From: Candidatus Obscuribacteraceae bacterium
Lineage (GTDB): Bacteria > Cyanobacteriota > Vampirovibrionia > Obscuribacterales > Obscuribacteraceae
NCBI GenBank assembly: GCA_044226015.1
Contig: JBGAHS010000001.1
Coordinates: 256,001-320,000, forward strand
Direction: 5' to 3'
Length of the DNA stretch: 64,000 nucleotides
Under the pieces are notes generated by a model, which saw nothing but the letters and a program-made list of their open reading frames with translations, was not told the DNA's origin and did no database searches. Within the stretch, counting starts at the first letter, position 1. Each line of letters starts with the position of its first letter. Positions 59,878 to 64,000 of this stretch are shown here, piece by piece. The translations under genes and the position numbers were made by a program.

Positions 59878-61065
59878 ATGGAGAACCAGCAAACAAGTCT
59901 GGCTGACAAACTGAAAACCTTCTTTTCTGCGATGGTTTTTGTAATGATCATTTTGCAAGCCGGAATCTATTTCTTAATGAAGAACGACCCCAACGCCGTT
60001 TGGGTCGAGTGCATCGTAACCATAGTTTGTGCAATCGGTTTGGGCTACATCACTTTGCGTTGGTTGAAGCGTGAGCTTATAGAGCCCCTCAATCAAACAA
60101 GTTCAGCCATCAGCAAGCTTGTTGCTGGCGATTTGCGCGTGGAACTGCCAGACGTCAAAGAAGACGATGAGCTTGGCAAACTGATTAAGAACTTTGACAA
60201 ACTTTTGAACAATCTGCGCGATGACAGACATCAGATTGCTGATGCTGTTAGCGTTCTGGCAAGTTCACTTGGGCAAATCGTTATGTCTACGAGCGCATCG
60301 GCGGAGGGCGCATCTGAAACCGCAGCGACCGTTACTGAAACGACAATCGCCGCAGAAGAAGTTCGTCAGACTACGATGATTGCAACAGAAAATAGCCGAT
60401 TTGTTGCAGACCTCGCTGAGGAAACTGCAAAGGTATCGCTGGAAGGACGCCAGGCTACTGAAGATACTGTTGCTCAGATGACCAGAATGCGTTCGCAGAT
60501 GGCAACAATTGCTGAAAGCATGTCGGGGCTTCTCGAAAAATCTCAGGCGATTGTAGAAATTACAAGTACAGTAGATGACCTGGCTCAGCAGTCTAATCTG
60601 CTTGCTGTTAACGCCGCGGTTGAAGCTGCACGTGCTGGAGAACTTGGTAAAGGATTCTCCGTCGTAGCGCAGGAGGTCAAAGCTCTTGCTGCTCTATCCA
60701 AAGAAGCTACTGCGGAAGTCCGCCGAATACTTGAAGATATTCAAAAAGCTACTGCTGCTGCTGCTGTATCCATCGAGCAAGGAAGTGGAATGGTGGAAGC
60801 AGCTGTAAAACAATCATCGGAAGCAGGTAATGCAATTGAGGCGCTGACCAGAAGCGTTTCTGAAGCTGCAAGCGCTGCTTCACAGATCGCAGCTGCCAAC
60901 CAGGAGCAGTTGGTTGGTATTGACCAGGTTGTGACCGCTATGCAGGGGGTGCAAGGTGCAATGCGCCAACACGCAGAGGCGAGTCGTAATATTAACGAGG
61001 CCGCTCAGAATTTGAATATCATCCGAGATGTATTGCAAGGGCTGGTGAACCGGTATTTGTCCTGA
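59878..61065 (+). CDS. Methyl-accepting chemotaxis protein (2 TM, HAMP, no periplasmic sensor)
   Basis: NLLAVNAAVEAARAGELGKGFSVVAQEVK; HAMP GDLRV...DELG. Confidence 0.93.
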   Translation: MENQQTSLADKLKTFFSAMVFVMIILQAGIYFLMKNDPNAVWVECIVTIVCAIGLGYITLRWLKRELIEPLNQTSSAISKLVAGDLRVELPDVKEDDELGKLIKNFDKLLNNLRDDRHQIADAVSVLASSLGQIVMSTSASAEGASETAATVTETTIAAEEVRQTTMIATENSRFVADLAEETAKVSLEGRQATEDTVAQMTRMRSQMATIAESMSGLLEKSQAIVEITSTVDDLAQQSNLLAVNAAVEAARAGELGKGFSVVAQEVKALAALSKEATAEVRRILEDIQKATAAAAVSIEQGSGMVEAAVKQSSEAGNAIEALTRSVSEAASAASQIAAANQEQLVGIDQVVTAMQGVQGAMRQHAEASRNINEAAQNLNIIRDVLQGLVNRYLS

Positions 61066-61159
61066 TCAGAATTGATTTCGCCTGTTGATCTTGACATTGC
61101 CTCGTCTTGCGCTTAGTCTGAAAAAGCCTGCTCTTCATTAACAAGGATGGCACATTACT

Positions 61160-61546
61160 ATGCAAATTCCTCGCGTGCCATTTATAAGGCTTACATTCAC
61201 GTTGGTACTGCTTCTTAGCTTTTCTGGAACGGCACTCTCAGCGAATGCTCAAACCGTAAAAAAGCATGCTGACGGAACAGTGGAAGTCCTGGATGACGAA
61301 GAGAAATCAGTGCCAGCTTATCACTCTGCTGGACGGCATTCAGCTGGGTCTTCGTCTGGAAAAATACCCGCCTACACAAAACGCATGGGCGGCGTTTCCG
61401 TGCATCGCAATGCTGATGGAACTGTGGAAGTGACAGACACAGACATGAAGACAACTTATACTGGAGGCAGTGCTCCGGCCAGAACAAAGAAATCGCTTGC
61501 AAAAAAGAGCAGCACTGCTGGTAGTGCTGCAAAAAAGAAAAAATAG
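61160..61546 (+). CDS. Small secreted basic protein with duplicated ADGTVEV motif
   Basis: Signal peptide; KKHADGTVEV and HRNADGTVEV; Lys-rich tail. Confidence 0.7.
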   Translation: MQIPRVPFIRLTFTLVLLLSFSGTALSANAQTVKKHADGTVEVLDDEEKSVPAYHSAGRHSAGSSSGKIPAYTKRMGGVSVHRNADGTVEVTDTDMKTTYTGGSAPARTKKSLAKKSSTAGSAAKKKK

Positions 61547-61553
61547 AAACTAG

Positions 61554-62207
61554 CTAGTGAGCCGTATTGCGCTCGCCAGTGTCTGCGTTGCGACTTGCAG
61601 CGTCCAACATTTGAACCATCTTCTCTAATTGCTGTGTGGCTTTGGCAGGTGGACGTAGCTGAAGTGCGCTTGACACTGCCTCGCGAGCTTCGGGGTAGCG
61701 CTTTTGCATGTAGAGAACATTTCCTAGATTTTTCCAGCCAGCCCAACTTTGATTGTCTAGTTTTAAGCACTGGCGATAGCTCTTTTCTGCGTCTTCAACG
61801 AGTCCGCCTTTTGCTTCCGTGGCTTTTCCGATTTCCAGCCAGGCTCTAGGCTGATACTCATAAAGCGCAATGGATGCGCGGAAATGCTCGATGGCTTCAT
61901 CCCAACGATGAGCTCTCATTTTTTCCATTCCTACTCTGAATTCCGGTACGGAAGTCTTCCAACTATCAATGCTTCCTACGCCGGGAAACTTGGACATGTC
62001 GATTGGTCCGTCGATGTCCTCTTCTCTGCCACCCGGTCCGCTCTCTTTTTTACCTGCTTTTGCATGTCCCTTTTTGTTTTGGGCATCTGCCGGCAGAAGT
62101 GTGAATGAATTTGCAAAGATCAAAAACATGAGCGTTGTGCCAATAGCGCTAACTCGCATAGAAATACTCCTTGCTGACCTAATAGATCTTCCCAAATTTG
62201 GAAGCAC
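61554..62207 (-). CDS. Secreted TPR protein
   Basis: Signal peptide; TPR-like AWLEIG, AEKSYRQCLKLD, GWKNLGNVLY. Confidence 0.8.
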   Translation of the reverse strand: MLPNLGRSIRSARSISMRVSAIGTTLMFLIFANSFTLLPADAQNKKGHAKAGKKESGPGGREEDIDGPIDMSKFPGVGSIDSWKTSVPEFRVGMEKMRAHRWDEAIEHFRASIALYEYQPRAWLEIGKATEAKGGLVEDAEKSYRQCLKLDNQSWAGWKNLGNVLYMQKRYPEAREAVSSALQLRPPAKATQQLEKMVQMLDAASRNADTGERNTAH

Positions 62208-62246
62208 TCATACACAGTCAGAATTATTTGCTTACGGTAATTCTTA

Positions 62247-63131
62247 TTACTTCGATGTATCTAGCTTAATTTGAGCGTCTCTAAATCGGCGAATCACGTC
62301 GTCGTAAATCTCGCTTCTTAATCGGTTGGTGGACGCAGCGACGTAGTCTTCAGTAGCAGCTCTGACCACAAAACGCAATTTGCCCGAGTCGAAAGCATCG
62401 ATAAGAACATTTGGAGCTGGTTCTTGCAGCACTTTGGGATGCGCTTTGACTGCGTCTTTTATCAACTCTTTCACATCGCTTAAGTTATTGTCTACTGAGA
62501 CCACTACAGGGAAAGACACATACACATCTCTGCTCGTTAGGGACCAGTTACTTATTCGTTGATCCATAAAGTCAGTGTTTGGGACGATAACATCAATATT
62601 ATCGTCAGTTCTAATTGTTGTTGAACGAAGAGCAATTTTTGTGACATCACCTGTGGTGGTGCCAATTTGAACCCTGTCACCTATCTTGATAGGCTTTTCG
62701 ATCAGGATCATGATTCCACCGGCAACGTTTTTTGCGACCGTTTGCAGTCCAAGAGAAAGCCCTAAACCCAGGGCACCGGCAACGACCGTGAGAGCTGTCA
62801 TCTCTATTCCTGCTGTGTTCAGGATAATGACGCCGCCCAGAAATACGAACGAGTATTGCAAGAACATGCCAAAAAACGACTGCATGTTTCTTTCTAGCTT
62901 CGTTTTCTCTAGAAGTTTCTCGATTACTTTTTTACGAATAGACCGTGATATCGCGATTAGAATCGAAAAAAGCGCGAGTATATAAGCAAGCAATGCTATT
63001 GTTACTGTGGTTTTTCCAACCGGGACAAGTGGAATTTGTGCCACGTACACAATTGCTTGCCATAATCTTTCCATAAATTGTTCAATGTTCATTTTGTCAA
63101 GACAATTCAAGTTCCCAGGCAATATTACCAA
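62247..63131 (-). CDS. Small-conductance mechanosensitive channel, MscS family (start probably 63092)
   Basis: GALGLGLSLGLQ..KNVAGG, KPIKIGDRV, IVPN...NWS. Confidence 0.92.
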   Translation of the reverse strand: MVILPGNLNCLDKMNIEQFMERLWQAIVYVAQIPLVPVGKTTVTIALLAYILALFSILIAISRSIRKKVIEKLLEKTKLERNMQSFFGMFLQYSFVFLGGVIILNTAGIEMTALTVVAGALGLGLSLGLQTVAKNVAGGIMILIEKPIKIGDRVQIGTTTGDVTKIALRSTTIRTDDNIDVIVPNTDFMDQRISNWSLTSRDVYVSFPVVVSVDNNLSDVKELIKDAVKAHPKVLQEPAPNVLIDAFDSGKLRFVVRAATEDYVAASTNRLRSEIYDDVIRRFRDAQIKLDTSK

Positions 63132-63162
63132 ATCAGGACTTCTATCATATTAAGAGGCGCAT

Positions 63163-63963
63163 GTGCTTTCAGTAGTCAAATCTCTATATTGCTATCCTGT
63201 CAAATCTTGCAAGGGCGTTGAACTTACTCATGCTCAGGTTGACGAACGCGGTATTCGACATGACCGTTCCTGGTTGATTGTCAGTGAAAGCGGCATGGCA
63301 GTCACTCAGCGTGATTTTCCGCGAATGTCTCTGATTGAAACTGAGATAGTTGACGAGCGAAGGCTGCGCTTGTACATTCCGGAAAAAGGCGAATTATTGC
63401 TCGATGCTACAGATGATGGTTTAGCCCGGACAGTGAGGGTATGGGACGACACTTGCGACGCTGTTGATCAAGGTGAGCAAAGCTCGGTCTGGCTGAGTGA
63501 ATTTCTTGGGACTCGAGTTCATCTGGTTAGAATGAGAGAGCAGTTTGTCAGACCTGTCACTTCAAAATACGCTACTTCCAGCGAGCAGCAAGTAGGTTTT
63601 GCCGACGGTTTCCCTTTCTTACTGCTCGCAGAAGCCTCTCTGGAAGACCTCAATCAGAAATTAGAATTTCCAGTGCTGATGAATCGATTTCGCCCTAACA
63701 TCGTAGTGTCAGGCTGCGCAGCTTTTGCGGAGGACTCGTGGAAGAGTATACAAATTGGTGATTTGCAGTTCGATGTAGTGAAACCATGTGCACGCTGTTT
63801 GATCATCTCTATCGATCAAGAAGATGCAAACATAAGCAAAGAGCCTATGAGAACCTTGAGTTTTTACCGCCAGTTCGGAAAAAAGGTTCTATTTGGACAA
63901 AATCTGGTGCACCACTCTGCAGGATCAATACAAGTAGGTGACGAAGTGAGAGTGCTCAAATAA
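63163..63963 (+). CDS. MOSC domain protein (YcbX/mARC-like)
   Basis: YPVKSC, DRSW, FADGFP, RFRPNIVV, KPCARC, FGQN. Confidence 0.93.
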   Translation: MLSVVKSLYCYPVKSCKGVELTHAQVDERGIRHDRSWLIVSESGMAVTQRDFPRMSLIETEIVDERRLRLYIPEKGELLLDATDDGLARTVRVWDDTCDAVDQGEQSSVWLSEFLGTRVHLVRMREQFVRPVTSKYATSSEQQVGFADGFPFLLLAEASLEDLNQKLEFPVLMNRFRPNIVVSGCAAFAEDSWKSIQIGDLQFDVVKPCARCLIISIDQEDANISKEPMRTLSFYRQFGKKVLFGQNLVHHSAGSIQVGDEVRVLK

Positions 63964-63973
63964 GCAAACAAAA

Positions 63974-63997
63974 AAAGAGGCAGCTTGCTGCCTCTTT
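63974..63997. terminator. Bidirectional terminator
   Basis: AAAGAGGCAG-CTTG-CTGCCTCTTT preceded by an A run. Confidence 0.8.
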
Positions 63998-64000
63998 AAA

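Overview
64-kb chromosomal window from a bacterium. The cyanobacterial-type tRNA-Ile/23S sequence, the lack of photosynthesis genes and the TPR-tailed Ser/Thr kinases suggest a non-photosynthetic cyanobacterial relative such as Vampirovibrionia/Obscuribacterales; this placement is inference. Recognisable genes include a CusA/CzcA RND pump (5'-partial), HtrA protease, GH15-like hydrolase, two Ser/Thr kinases, capD-larE-larB, divergent leuS and tyrS, amidase, YceI, redoxin, GNAT, a Wsp-like chemosensory cluster with two MCPs, a MerR-HTH/vWA pair, MscS and MOSC. The rRNA locus is tRNA-Ile, tRNA-Ala, 23S, 5S with no 16S upstream. The best candidate new system is a 763-aa protein (27638-29929, minus) that fuses a hydrophobic N-terminal trunk, a GGDEF domain with Asp->Asn at the guanine-selecting position, and a C-terminal RelA/SpoT-like nucleotidyltransferase. 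It is coupled to a 72-aa acidic ORF, resembling a polymorphic toxin/immunity pair. Other oddities are an iRhom-like (GPx) pseudo-rhomboid, a stand-alone MshEN-repeat protein, a trio of long helical proteins with a repeated short motif, degenerate phosphorelay domains, and five unrelated intergenic repeat arrays including a 5 x 74-bp hairpin array. No CRISPR array, transposase or prophage was seen. All calls come from motif reading without database searches.
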